Shown one piece after another: positions 29,557-40,074 of a DNA stretch of 64,000 bases. Below the pieces are notes generated by a model, which did no database searches, was not told where the DNA came from, and saw only the letters and a program-made list of their open reading frames with translations. Both the position numbers and the translations under genes were made by a program. The stretch is from Rubripirellula sp. (GTDB taxonomy: Bacteria > Planctomycetota > Planctomycetia > Pirellulales > Pirellulaceae): positions 2,624,001-2,688,000 of the forward strand of contig OZ244207.1 of the NCBI GenBank assembly GCA_965216875.1, given 5' to 3'. Every line of letters begins with the position of its first letter. Position 1 is the stretch's first letter.

Positions 29557-30522
29557 GTGATTGCAAAGAACGTTCCTGTAGAGCTAGAGACAGGAGCCTT
29601 TGTCGTCTCGCTCGACTTCGAGTTGGCCTGGGGCACTCGTGGGCGCCAATGGTCCGATATTGTCGGCCCCGATATTGATGGCACGCGCAATGCGATCAAC
29701 CAATTAATCGCTCTATGCCGAACCTACCAAGTGTCGGCAACATGGGTTGTCGTCGGTGCCATGTTCATGGGGGGCGATCGCCGCCATCGCTGGCTGCGTG
29801 ATGAACAATTTGACGATGTACCATTGGGTAACTGTGTTAGTCAACCTCGATGGTATGCCGAAGACATCCTGCAGCAGTTGCGTCAGGCAAGTCCTGCCCA
29901 GGACATCGGGTGCCACACATTGACACACATGTTCGTACAAGACTCGGAGGAATCTCGCAAGAAGTTTGACGAAGAACTTGAACGGAGTTCCATGCTGTTT
30001 GACGAGCTCGGTCTGCCACCAGCAACCTCTTTCATCTATCCGAAACACTACATGGCCCATTTCGACCTGCTGGCCAAACACCGATTCCGTTGCTACCGCG
30101 GCCCGGAAGCTGGTTGGTTTGAGCGTTTGCCAACGCGGCACGCCAAAGCTGCTGGTCGCCTATTCTCGGCGCGCATTCGACAATCACCGTCAGTGTCATA
30201 CCCCTACCTAAGCGATGATGGCCTTTGGGTCATCCCCTCAAGCCAGTTTTATCCGTCGTTTCGAAGCGTCGGAAAACACGTTTCGGTAAGTGATCGCGTT
30301 GCCAAGGGGATCAAGGGGCTCAACCGAGCAGCAAAACGCAAGGGCGTCTATCATCTGTGGACTCATCCCTTCAATTTGGGCGTCCGCACAGACGAACTCC
30401 TTTCGGGGTTTGAGCAGATCTTTCGCCACGCACGAGAGCTAGCCGAGAGTGGCGTTCTAAGAAACTGTTCAATGGCGTCGCTGGCATCGGAACTCGACCA
30501 AAAACACTGCCTCGATGGCTGA
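29557..30522 (+). CDS. Polysaccharide deacetylase (CE4-like)
   Basis: VSLDFELAWG, IGCHTLTH and HLWTHPFN motifs. Confidence 0.85.
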   Translation: MIAKNVPVELETGAFVVSLDFELAWGTRGRQWSDIVGPDIDGTRNAINQLIALCRTYQVSATWVVVGAMFMGGDRRHRWLRDEQFDDVPLGNCVSQPRWYAEDILQQLRQASPAQDIGCHTLTHMFVQDSEESRKKFDEELERSSMLFDELGLPPATSFIYPKHYMAHFDLLAKHRFRCYRGPEAGWFERLPTRHAKAAGRLFSARIRQSPSVSYPYLSDDGLWVIPSSQFYPSFRSVGKHVSVSDRVAKGIKGLNRAAKRKGVYHLWTHPFNLGVRTDELLSGFEQIFRHARELAESGVLRNCSMASLASELDQKHCLDG

Positions 30523-31147
30523 TACGACGAACGTGTCGCTGTTTCGCAAATGGATCAGCCATTTCTGCGTTTTCCTGCTCCGCATTGCCCGTTGGTGGGC
30601 TAGCACTGCAAAGAAAACGTGGCTGTACGCCCTTTACCCCGGGATACAAATCGGAGCGGGAACCTACATCTCGGTTTTCGCACGGGTCGCGATGACAGAC
30701 GGCGGGCAAATGGTGATTGGCAAGCGCTGCCACCTTAGTCGCAACGTCCTGGTCCGATGCAACGGCGGGCGACTCCAGATTGGAGACAATACTTTTGTTG
30801 GCCAAAATGCAGTGATCGCGAGTGGCCATACACTCACCATCGGTGACGACTGCCTTATCGCTGAGGGCGTCACGATCCGTGACCAGGATCACGGAACTGC
30901 TCCCGGCAAGCCTTACGGTTGCCAGCCGCCAACGTTCGACCCTGTCAGGCTAGACAACAATGTCTGGGTCGGGGCTCAAGCAGTGATTCTCAAAGGCGTC
31001 ACCATCGAGGACGACGCCATTATTGGCGCCAATAGCGTCGTCACGAACGACGTTCCTGCACGTGAAATCGTTTGCGGGATACCTGCGCGGCCCTTGAAGC
31101 GTTCAGGGCAGCCCCCGGCCTCGAAACCGTCACGCAGGGCAACATGA
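30515..31147 (+). CDS. Hexapeptide-repeat O-acyltransferase
   Basis: Left-handed beta-helix repeats; IRDQDH, VWVGAQAVILKGVTI, GANSVV and GIPAR motifs. Confidence 0.9.
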   Translation: MADTTNVSLFRKWISHFCVFLLRIARWWASTAKKTWLYALYPGIQIGAGTYISVFARVAMTDGGQMVIGKRCHLSRNVLVRCNGGRLQIGDNTFVGQNAVIASGHTLTIGDDCLIAEGVTIRDQDHGTAPGKPYGCQPPTFDPVRLDNNVWVGAQAVILKGVTIEDDAIIGANSVVTNDVPAREIVCGIPARPLKRSGQPPASKPSRRAT

Positions 31148-32730
31148 GTTCTCCCAACAGCTTTGGTATCAGCTCAAATACGGATACCGCTAGCCAAATT
31201 GCCGACGCAGATTCAAGCAACGCTCAAACCAGCGAACCATCCAGGGTCTCATCAACCGAGACGCTGGTTCATGCAACATTTTGGTCCTCGCTAAGCAGCT
31301 TGACGAACCTCGCCAGCCAAGTAGTTCGAGCCAAAATCGCCGCAGTCTTTCTCGGCCCCGTTGGTGTTGCCGTCATCACCCAGCTGAATAGTTTCCTCAA
31401 CTTTGGCCAAGTGATCGGAGGTCTGGGTCATGCGTCAGGAGTTGTCCGCGAAACAAGCCAAGCCCATGAGGCCAGTGACTGGGACGCCCTAAGAAGGGTC
31501 CACCAGACCTTTCTATTCACGCTAACCTGTTCCGCTTCGGTTGCGATGCTCGTCGGGCTCATCCTTGCACGCCAGATTGCGGAATTCCTTTTTGCGGATG
31601 TTGGCTACGCGATCCACGTCCGCATCGTTGCGGTCGCATTACCGCTTTCAATTGGTGCCAGATTCTTTCAGTCGATCATCAAGGGTTACCGAAACGTCTT
31701 GCAGTTGGCCAAGATCAATGCGATCGGCAACTCCATTTCGGTGACCTGTTTCATTGCCTTGGTGTTTACTTGGGGCTTGCTTGGAGCGGCGGTCGCGATC
31801 GTCGTGACCCAGGGTCTGATGTTTGTACTTGGTGCAGTCTATGTGGCAAAGAACGGAAGCACTCTCGCGCTAAGGCGGCCAAGATCATTCGAATTAATCA
31901 AAAAGAATGCCGGTTTCGCGACGGCGGGATTGACACTAGGGCTCCTGGGGGGCGCCGCCGGCATGTTCGCGGTACGTTCAATCATCGCGAGCTACGGCGA
32001 ACAATTGGGTGGCGTTTATTCAGCAACTTGGCGTATCTCTTCTGTCTACCTTGGCCTCATCTTTGCCACAACAACGAGTTACTTCTATCCAACGATTGCC
32101 CGGCTTGGTTCACAGAAGGACATTGGGCTTGAGATTGGCAACACTCTGCGGCTCTTTCAAATTGCAATCTGCCCTTTGATCGTCGTCTTGATCGTCTTTC
32201 ACGAGCCCATCATGCGACTCCTCTTGTCAGAGCGATTCCAGCAATCGGGCGAACTCCTCGCCTACCAACTCCCTGGTGACATGTTGCGATTGGCATTCGA
32301 TGTTTTTGCGTTGGCGCTACTTGCGCGTGGAAAGGTTCGAGCGTTCATTTCGTGTTATGTCGCCTGGTTTGTTGTTTACATCGCCGCAATCACCACTGCG
32401 ATCGAATACTCAAATTGGCTACCATCGTGCAGCATCGCTCATAGCTCGACGTACTTCTGCTTCGGAATCGCATCGTACATCTTGGTTCCTAAGCTCAATG
32501 GCTGGTCACTTGGCCTCGCCCCCTACCGAACTTTGGTGCTTGCCTGCTTTCACATTGCGGCAGCAAGCTCAATCTCCGTTTTTGTCGAACCGATGTTCGC
32601 AGCCTACTTGCTTGGCGCACTCGTACTGACCAGCTGGCTGTGTATTCACCTTCGCGACCCCATAGCGAGGACACTCATCGACCGCGTCACACGAAAGTTG
32701 GTTCTCGCCAAGAATGACAAATATGGCTGA
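31144..32730 (+). CDS. wzx: Wzx flippase (O-antigen translocase)
   Basis: RAKIAAVFLGPVG, GVYSA and YFYP motifs; 12 or more TM segments. Confidence 0.85.
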   Translation: MSSPNSFGISSNTDTASQIADADSSNAQTSEPSRVSSTETLVHATFWSSLSSLTNLASQVVRAKIAAVFLGPVGVAVITQLNSFLNFGQVIGGLGHASGVVRETSQAHEASDWDALRRVHQTFLFTLTCSASVAMLVGLILARQIAEFLFADVGYAIHVRIVAVALPLSIGARFFQSIIKGYRNVLQLAKINAIGNSISVTCFIALVFTWGLLGAAVAIVVTQGLMFVLGAVYVAKNGSTLALRRPRSFELIKKNAGFATAGLTLGLLGGAAGMFAVRSIIASYGEQLGGVYSATWRISSVYLGLIFATTTSYFYPTIARLGSQKDIGLEIGNTLRLFQIAICPLIVVLIVFHEPIMRLLLSERFQQSGELLAYQLPGDMLRLAFDVFALALLARGKVRAFISCYVAWFVVYIAAITTAIEYSNWLPSCSIAHSSTYFCFGIASYILVPKLNGWSLGLAPYRTLVLACFHIAAASSISVFVEPMFAAYLLGALVLTSWLCIHLRDPIARTLIDRVTRKLVLAKNDKYG

Positions 32731-33625
32731 ACAAGTAACAACCTTAGACAGCTTCGTTCGGACGCTGTGCACCAACCGAATGCTTCCGCGCCGCATACGT
32801 TCGATCGTTGCGCGCAGACTAATTGGACTGGAACAGGAATGTGGTAGCCGCGATTTCGAAGTCCCCTTCTTTGAAAAGAAGTACTTCGGAAACATCCAAT
32901 CGCACATCGACTGGCATGTCTTTTTCTTCGGATGCTACGACCCACTTGGATTAAACCTGCTCCGTCACGTCGCCAACCGAATTGAAGACGCCGTCGCACT
33001 GGATGTGGGTGCGAATGCAGGAAACCATATGCTGTTGCTATCTCAATGCTGCAGCCAAGTGCACTGTTTCGAACCCTACCCAAGAATCCTTCCTCAGCTC
33101 GAGCGAAACATAACGCAGAATCAATTGACGAATGTGTCGCTGCACAAGTTTGGGCTCTCTGATCACACCGCAGTAGCCCAGTACTTTGAAAATGAGGGAC
33201 AGAATCTCGGAGCGGGCTCATTCGAGTCTTCACACACCAACACGAAGGACCAGCCGTCGTTCGAGTTACAAATCTACAATGCTGACGAAGCATTGTCAGA
33301 GATTGGTATCAAACGATTTGATCTAATGAAAATTGATGTCGAGGGACACGAGATTTCGGTATTGCGAGGGATGCGCAAATCGATTGATGCTTCCCGGCCC
33401 GTGATCTTTATGGAGCATGGGCCAACCACGCATAACCACGTCAATTCCGAACAAGAGTTTCGTTCGTTGTTTCCTGAAGACTACAAAATGTATCGTCTGG
33501 CACACCGAAATCGTTGGACACGAGAGAGCCCCTGTTTAATGCCATTTCAATACACAGACAATTGCAACATCTTACTCATCGCGGATGAAAAACGAGCACT
33601 CGCTGAAGAGCTGATCGTTCAATAG
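32714..33625 (+). CDS. FkbM family methyltransferase
   Basis: LDVGANAG, FEP and MKIDVEGHE motifs. Confidence 0.92.
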   Translation: MTNMAEQVTTLDSFVRTLCTNRMLPRRIRSIVARRLIGLEQECGSRDFEVPFFEKKYFGNIQSHIDWHVFFFGCYDPLGLNLLRHVANRIEDAVALDVGANAGNHMLLLSQCCSQVHCFEPYPRILPQLERNITQNQLTNVSLHKFGLSDHTAVAQYFENEGQNLGAGSFESSHTNTKDQPSFELQIYNADEALSEIGIKRFDLMKIDVEGHEISVLRGMRKSIDASRPVIFMEHGPTTHNHVNSEQEFRSLFPEDYKMYRLAHRNRWTRESPCLMPFQYTDNCNILLIADEKRALAEELIVQ

Positions 33626-34530
33626 TGTCAACTTCCATGCATCACCGAACGACGCCTTCCGAAACCGCCAGTGAGAACACACTCAACGAGCCCAACCCGC
33701 GGGTAGTCGTGAGCCTCGCTTACGTTAGCGTTGCTGCCGTTCTGTTTTTTGTCGTCCTTGCTATTGCATTGGGTCGGTCGGTGACGGAGAAGATTGCGAC
33801 GGAAATGGCCATGCCTCTGGGGTTATTGTGCCTTTTGCTCTTTATGTGCATTGTTCATGCCGCACGTTCACGAAACTGGAAAATGCTCCTGGTTTCGGGA
33901 GTTGGCACACTATTGTTGCTTCTCGCTGGCAACCGAATCGTGGCCAATCGCTTTGTGGGTTCTCTCGAATCACGCTTCGCGTCCGTCGATCCTTTTCAAC
34001 GGTCATTTGACAAAGCTGTTCTGCTAGGCGGAGCAGTTCGCGAAAGCCCTAGTGGGCTACCACAGCTCAATGAAAATGGTGATCGATTGGTGATCGCGGC
34101 GCGAATGTACCACAAGGGCCTCGTTAAAGAACTTTATTGCTCTGGAACGAAGAGCGAGGGAATCTCAAAGGCGATCCTGAGCGAAAGTGAGCTTTCAAGA
34201 CGCATCTTGATCGAGCTGGGCGTCGCCCCCGACGCAATTCACATCATCGAGGGACGCAACACCCAGGAAGAAATGCAGTCGATTCATTCGACCTTCGGAG
34301 ATGAAGAAGTCGGTATCATTACCTCGGCATGGCACTTGCCACGAGTGATGCGTTTGGCGACAAAGATGAACGTTAACGCGATTCCGATCCCTTCCAACTA
34401 CATCGGCGACAATGCGGTGACAGACCTTCCTTTAGCAACAATGATTCGCGATTGTGTGCCGGGGCATAAGGCATTGTCGATCAACTCACGTGCACTGCGC
34501 GAGTACCTTGCGGGGATTGTGGGCCGATGA
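33625..34530 (+). CDS. YdcF/ElyC/SanA (DUF218) family membrane protein
   Basis: VLLGG, SE, RNTQEE and ITSAWHLPR motifs. Confidence 0.88.
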   Translation: MSTSMHHRTTPSETASENTLNEPNPRVVVSLAYVSVAAVLFFVVLAIALGRSVTEKIATEMAMPLGLLCLLLFMCIVHAARSRNWKMLLVSGVGTLLLLLAGNRIVANRFVGSLESRFASVDPFQRSFDKAVLLGGAVRESPSGLPQLNENGDRLVIAARMYHKGLVKELYCSGTKSEGISKAILSESELSRRILIELGVAPDAIHIIEGRNTQEEMQSIHSTFGDEEVGIITSAWHLPRVMRLATKMNVNAIPIPSNYIGDNAVTDLPLATMIRDCVPGHKALSINSRALREYLAGIVGR

Positions 34531-37112
34531 CCGGATGCCGTATTCTGCATTGCCTTGTATTGATTGTCACCTCGTGCGTGGTGGCCGTCGAGGTGGACGC
34601 GGAGTTCTCGATCGTACGCAATCGCCGCCCCGTTGCACAAGTCTTGGTCTCGGCCCCCGGCGCACATGCCGCTGATCTTCACGCGATAGACGAGGCGATT
34701 GATCTGCTAGTCGACACCGTGAACCGTTCGACCGGTACCACCATTCCTGTTACGGATACGATTCGATCAGGCCGGCGGCGGCCAACGATTCGCTTGATAC
34801 TACAACGCGATACGGCGTCGACACCGCCCGAACAATATGAAATCTCAACATCAAAAACCGATCTGACGATCACCAGTCCGAGTGGACAAGGCATCCGCAA
34901 TGGAATCGCGCGATTGCTGGACCACATCGGCTTTCGTTTCTACGCTCCCTCGCCGAAGTGGCATATCGTCCCGCGTCAGCGCGACCTGAGGGCCGACCTA
35001 AACACCGTTGAGGCGCCGAAACTACGATTTCGGCGCATTTGGTACGCATATGGTGTACCCGGGGATGACCTGCGAGAGCTTTCTAACAATTATCGTCGGT
35101 GGGTGATTGCGAATCGGCTCTCCATTGACAACACCGTCCAGTGCGGGCACAGCTACGGCAATATCATTGGACGTAACCAGGAGGTCTTTCAACAGCACCC
35201 CGATTACTTTGCGTTGTTAGAGGACGGGACACGCGACACTCAACAAGCCATCAACGCTCGCAAGTTCTGCTTCAGTAATCCTGAGTTGGTCAAACTGGTT
35301 TGCGCCGATCGTGTTGCCTTGCTGAAAGAGAACCTTGCCAAGAACCCCGCCTTAACGATGGTCTCGGTTGACCCGTCAGACGGCCCGGGAACGTGCCACT
35401 GCGCAAACTGCGAATCGCTGGGAACAACCACCGATCGGGTCTTTTCGCTCGCGAATGCTGTTGCACGGTCCGTCCGCGAGGTTCATCCCGATGCCCGCGT
35501 CGGATTGTACGCCTACAGCAGCCATCGACTGCCACCGACAATCGATATCGAGCCGAACGTGTATGTCCAGGTTGCAATGGGGTTCAACCGAACGCCATAC
35601 AAATTCACCGAGTTGATCGAGCGCTGGGCCGACAAGGTCACAGCGATCGGCCTTCGTGAGTACTACGGTGTCGAAGCCTGGGATTGGGGATTGCCGGGAC
35701 GGATGCGAGGTGGCGACGCGACCTATCATCGCAAATGGATCCCCTACTACTCAGCGCGGAACCTGGATGCAATCAACGCAGAGACCAATGCAAACTGGGG
35801 CGGTCAAACGATCGGTTTGTACCTTGCCGCCAAATTGATGTGGTCCCCGATGATCGAAACCGAAACAAGTGAAACACAATTCTATGACCAGTGTTTCGGT
35901 GACGCCGCTGAACCCATGCGAGAGTTGTACGCGTTGTTTGATACTCGTCCAGAGTTGAGAAGTCATACCATTGTGCAAATGTACAAACATGTCCTCGCGG
36001 CATGGGAGCTGGAGTCGGACTCAGAAGTTCGCGGTCGAATCCAAGACCTTATGGCTTACTTGGTGTACGTTGCCAAGTTTCGGCAATTTGAATTGATCCG
36101 AGATCAACAAGGCAAACGCAACGATGTGTATTACCAAGCCCTCAAGCCGCTGATGAACTATGCATGGCGAATACGACATCGCGATGTTGTTCATTACTAC
36201 GCACTCGCCAGGCGACTATGCAACGGTTTGCCCTTAGAGGATGAGCGCGAAGATTTTTGGTTTGCTCGGAAAGGCTCCCCACCGGTTTGGCAATACGGCG
36301 ACGACTACAGTGACGCCGAGATTGTTCAGCAGTTTTATGCCACTCTCGAGGCGTTGCTCGACGATGACGATCCGACAATTAGCTATTCGCGACTATTTGA
36401 GCCGCTCGTAGCGCCAGGGGCAGACTCCGGCCCTAGTCGGGTTGCTGGCCAACCAGTCCCCGAGGGCGTCTTTCCAGGCGAAAAAGTTGCTCATGCGAGG
36501 CTGCGAGGCCCCGCGACTGGCTTCCTCTTTGCCTCAGGAAGCGAGACGGTAAAACTCGGTATCAAGCCAACTTCCCGGGAAGTCGCGATCAAGGTTTCCT
36601 CGACGCGCGATGTGCTGTTGGAAAAGGTGCTCGATCAGTCAGACGCGTTCACCGTGGTCGAGATCGACTTACCCGCAGCCAATGAATACCGCGTCGAATT
36701 TCGGGGCGACTTCGAACTAGTGGTTACAGACCAAACACCCTTCCTCGTTGAGGCTTCGCCCGCCAAACCGGTGTTTGTTGACTACAGTGGCCCATTTTAC
36801 TTTTTTGTTCCAAACCAGTGCCAATCGATATACGCCGATGGTGATCCTCGCTTGAGTCTCGATACGAGCAAGGCAACCGGCGAACGAACGGACTTGACTC
36901 GAAACACCCGCTTGCCTGGCAAAGGCTATTCGACCTTCAAAGTCCCCTCAGACTTTTCCGGACGCGTCTGGAGCACTTCACAGCAAACCCGAGGCAAAGT
37001 TTCCTTGTGGAACATTCCGCCACTGTTGAGTTTGCATCGAAACACGTTGCTCCGACCTCGCGAAGTTCCAAACGCAAACGAAACTCGACGCATTGAGAAT
37101 CGCGTTCCGTGA
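34527..37112 (+). CDS. Secreted DUF4838-like protein (putative glycoside-hydrolase fold)
   Basis: Signal peptide; GH20/GH67-like N-domain (EQYEI, GFRFYAP); HSYG, HPDYFAL, FCFSNPEL, DPSDG and CHCANC motifs. Confidence 0.7.
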   Translation: MTGCRILHCLVLIVTSCVVAVEVDAEFSIVRNRRPVAQVLVSAPGAHAADLHAIDEAIDLLVDTVNRSTGTTIPVTDTIRSGRRRPTIRLILQRDTASTPPEQYEISTSKTDLTITSPSGQGIRNGIARLLDHIGFRFYAPSPKWHIVPRQRDLRADLNTVEAPKLRFRRIWYAYGVPGDDLRELSNNYRRWVIANRLSIDNTVQCGHSYGNIIGRNQEVFQQHPDYFALLEDGTRDTQQAINARKFCFSNPELVKLVCADRVALLKENLAKNPALTMVSVDPSDGPGTCHCANCESLGTTTDRVFSLANAVARSVREVHPDARVGLYAYSSHRLPPTIDIEPNVYVQVAMGFNRTPYKFTELIERWADKVTAIGLREYYGVEAWDWGLPGRMRGGDATYHRKWIPYYSARNLDAINAETNANWGGQTIGLYLAAKLMWSPMIETETSETQFYDQCFGDAAEPMRELYALFDTRPELRSHTIVQMYKHVLAAWELESDSEVRGRIQDLMAYLVYVAKFRQFELIRDQQGKRNDVYYQALKPLMNYAWRIRHRDVVHYYALARRLCNGLPLEDEREDFWFARKGSPPVWQYGDDYSDAEIVQQFYATLEALLDDDDPTISYSRLFEPLVAPGADSGPSRVAGQPVPEGVFPGEKVAHARLRGPATGFLFASGSETVKLGIKPTSREVAIKVSSTRDVLLEKVLDQSDAFTVVEIDLPAANEYRVEFRGDFELVVTDQTPFLVEASPAKPVFVDYSGPFYFFVPNQCQSIYADGDPRLSLDTSKATGERTDLTRNTRLPGKGYSTFKVPSDFSGRVWSTSQQTRGKVSLWNIPPLLSLHRNTLLRPREVPNANETRRIENRVP

Positions 37113-38290
37113 AAATCCTCTACATCGCATCTGGCTCCATTCACGAGCCGTTGATCGAAAGCCAAGTGCTACGGTACTTGGAAAAAAACGCGCAGCGTGG
37201 ATGTGCATTCGATTTGATCACCTTCGAGCGCCAACCCACCGGACGAGAACGCGCAGAACGGCTTTCGGCGAGACTAGAAGCGCAATCCATCAATTGGATG
37301 CCGCGAGCGGTCACCAAGGGCCGGCGCAGCCTCGGAATGATTCGCGACATCCGCGAAACCGCGGCTTGGCTTGGCTCTCAATTGCCCATCCAAGACTACG
37401 ATCTCGTGCATTGCCGTAGCTTCTTGCCGGGAAACATTGGCCGTCTACTCAAGAAGCGCTACGGCCTGCCGTTACTCTATGACATGCGTGGGTTTTGGGC
37501 GCGCGAGAAATTTGCTTACGGCCACATTCGATTGCCAGCGGCGAAGTGGTTTGCCCAAAAACTGGAAGATCGCGTCGTCGGAGCGGCCGACCACCTTGTG
37601 TCCCTTACCGATGCGGGGATAGCGTTTTTGCGCTCACAGTCAATCCAACAACCGATCACGTGCATCCCCTGCTGTGTTGATCTTGAGGCGTTTGTTCCAC
37701 TTGGGAAGACCAGCGATGGTGATGGCTTGAAGCTTGTGTCGGTGGGTAGTTTGGGGCGTGGCTACCGTTGTGATGCCGTGCTTCAAATCGCGGCCGCCGT
37801 TGCGAAGCTGCGACCTGGCACCACAATCGATTTGATTTCGCGGACCGACCCACGCGTGGTGGAGGAAACTGCGAAACGACTAGGAATCGATTCGTCACTT
37901 TATAAGCTTCACGCGTTGCCTCACGAAGAGGTTGCCCCTGCAATCGCCAAAGCGGATGCAGGGGTATGCATGGTTGCCGTCAGCGAAGCGAAAATCGCTT
38001 CCTGCCCGACCAAACTTGGCGAATATCTCGCTTGTGGATTACCCGTCATCGCAAACATACCCATTGGCGATGTCGAAGCGACCCTCAAACAAAGCAAGAC
38101 AGGCGTTACGGTAGAATTGGACCGAGACGATCTGGACACATCCGCAATGCAACTATGCGAGTTGATCGAGGACCGAGATGTGGGAACACGTGCCAGAGAA
38201 ACAGCCGAGAGAACTTTCAGTGTCGCCGATGGCGCGGCCAAGTACTTTGAAATCTATCAATCCATGACGAAGCACGATTCTCGTTTGTAG
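37109..38290 (+). CDS. GT4 glycosyltransferase
   Basis: HCRS, YDMRGFW, IPCCVD and PTKLGEYLACGLPVI motifs. Confidence 0.9.
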   Translation: MKILYIASGSIHEPLIESQVLRYLEKNAQRGCAFDLITFERQPTGRERAERLSARLEAQSINWMPRAVTKGRRSLGMIRDIRETAAWLGSQLPIQDYDLVHCRSFLPGNIGRLLKKRYGLPLLYDMRGFWAREKFAYGHIRLPAAKWFAQKLEDRVVGAADHLVSLTDAGIAFLRSQSIQQPITCIPCCVDLEAFVPLGKTSDGDGLKLVSVGSLGRGYRCDAVLQIAAAVAKLRPGTTIDLISRTDPRVVEETAKRLGIDSSLYKLHALPHEEVAPAIAKADAGVCMVAVSEAKIASCPTKLGEYLACGLPVIANIPIGDVEATLKQSKTGVTVELDRDDLDTSAMQLCELIEDRDVGTRARETAERTFSVADGAAKYFEIYQSMTKHDSRL

Positions 38291-38407
38291 CTACCGTCGC
38301 CCGACGGTGGAGTCCGTCAACCTGCCTTCTCCGTCGTGGCCTTGCTTTGTCGAGCCTGACTGCGATGTAATCGACTCTTCTACTGGTTAACCACCTTTGC
38401 AAATACG

Positions 38408-39547
38408 ATGTCTGATTTGAAACCGATCCAAGTCCTTTCACCCAAGTTTGAAGTTGACGAGTGCCTCGCTGAAATCCGCCAATGCCTCGAAAAAGGTTGG
38501 ACGGGCATGGGATTCAAGACCGTCGAGCTTGAACAGGAATGGTGCAACTACACAGGGCATGCGCATGCGCACTACCTGAACTCAAACACCTCCGGGCTCG
38601 AGCTCGCTTTGCGAATTCTCGCCGACACCGAGGGCTGGGATGAGGGCGACGAAGTGATTAGCACGCCCTTCACTTTCGTATCAACCAACCATGCGATTCT
38701 GCATCAGCGCTTGACGCCTGTTCTAGCAGACATCGACGAGTACCTTTGCCTTGATCCGGAGGCCGTTCGATCGCGCATCACGCCAAAGACCAAAGCGATC
38801 ATGTACGTCGGTCACGGCGGCAACACTGGAAAGTACGAAGAGATTCGCGAGATCGCACAGGAAGCTGGGGTCAAACTGATTCTCGACGCAGCACACATGG
38901 CAGGAACGCGTTGGAACGGCGCACACGTGGGTCCCGAATCCGAAGTCGCGATCTACAGCTTTCAAGCCGTCAAGAACTTGCCTACCGCCGACTCGGGGAT
39001 GATCTGTTTTCAAGACGAGGCACTCGATGCTGCAGCCAGAAAATACAGCTGGCTGGGGATCGACAAAGACACCTTCAGCCGCACAAGTAAACAGGGCAGC
39101 TATAAGTGGCACTATGACGTGGATGTTCCCGGATTCAAATTCCATGGAAACTCGGTCGTTGCCAGTCTTGGATTAGTCGCACTGAGATATCTCGATCGCG
39201 ACAACGCCTATCGGCGCGAGCTGGCTGACCTTTACGCCAACGGCTTGAAAGACATTGACGACATGAGCATTGTTCCGACTTCGCCCGATTGTGTCCCTTC
39301 ACGACACCTGTTCCAGATTCGTTCGAAGCAACGGAACAAAATCTACGAACATCTGGTCAACCAACAGATTTTTGCTGGCGTTCATTACCGGAACAACTGC
39401 GAGTACGCAATGTATGCGGACCAAATGCAGTTCTGCCCCAATGCCCAGGCAGCAAGTGAAGAGATCCTTTCTCTGCCGCTCCATCTCAACTTGACTCACA
39501 ACGATGTTTCCCGTGTGATCGCCGCCGTCAAAGAGGCGGTCGCGTGA
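38408..39547 (+). CDS. DegT/DnrJ/EryC1/StrS NDP-sugar aminotransferase
   Basis: PFTFVST, LDAAH, SFQAVKNL (PLP lysine) and LSLPLH motifs. Confidence 0.93.
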   Translation: MSDLKPIQVLSPKFEVDECLAEIRQCLEKGWTGMGFKTVELEQEWCNYTGHAHAHYLNSNTSGLELALRILADTEGWDEGDEVISTPFTFVSTNHAILHQRLTPVLADIDEYLCLDPEAVRSRITPKTKAIMYVGHGGNTGKYEEIREIAQEAGVKLILDAAHMAGTRWNGAHVGPESEVAIYSFQAVKNLPTADSGMICFQDEALDAAARKYSWLGIDKDTFSRTSKQGSYKWHYDVDVPGFKFHGNSVVASLGLVALRYLDRDNAYRRELADLYANGLKDIDDMSIVPTSPDCVPSRHLFQIRSKQRNKIYEHLVNQQIFAGVHYRNNCEYAMYADQMQFCPNAQAASEEILSLPLHLNLTHNDVSRVIAAVKEAVA

Positions 39548-40074
39548 GTGATAAGCTCGAATCATTAGTCGTAGGCGACGTTCGCATCCGCGCTCTGCAC
39601 GAATCGGATCTGGACATGACGCGTGCTTGGCGCAATCACCCGGAAACTCGAAAGCATTTCTTCTATTGCGAAGAGGTTTCGCAGGAACAACATCGAGCAT
39701 GGTTCGAGCAATATCGACAAAAGAATGACGACTACGTCTTCATTGTTGAATTTGGCGATCCATGGATGCCCGTTGCCCAGACTGCAATCTACAAAGTCGA
39801 CCCCAAAAGCCGGTCCGCGGAATTCGGGCGTTTTATCGTAGACCAAGGTCAACGCGGCCGCGGCCTCGGCCGCAGATCATTGCACGCAACATGCAAAATC
39901 GCGTTCGGTTCGCTCCGACTCGCGCGGCTGACTCTTGAAGTAAAGCCTGATAATGAAGCTGCGATTCGAAGTTACCAAAAAGCAGGGTTCGCGAGGCTCG
40001 CTGAAGACGAGCGGAGCATTCAAATGGAACTCACGTGCCAAGATTGGCAAAAGACATGCGAGTCCTTTTCCTAA
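39544..40074 (+). CDS. GNAT N-acyltransferase (PseH-like)
   Basis: WRNHPE, HRAWF, RGRGLG and NEAAIRSYQKAGF motifs. Confidence 0.88.
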   Translation: MSDKLESLVVGDVRIRALHESDLDMTRAWRNHPETRKHFFYCEEVSQEQHRAWFEQYRQKNDDYVFIVEFGDPWMPVAQTAIYKVDPKSRSAEFGRFIVDQGQRGRGLGRRSLHATCKIAFGSLRLARLTLEVKPDNEAAIRSYQKAGFARLAEDERSIQMELTCQDWQKTCESFS

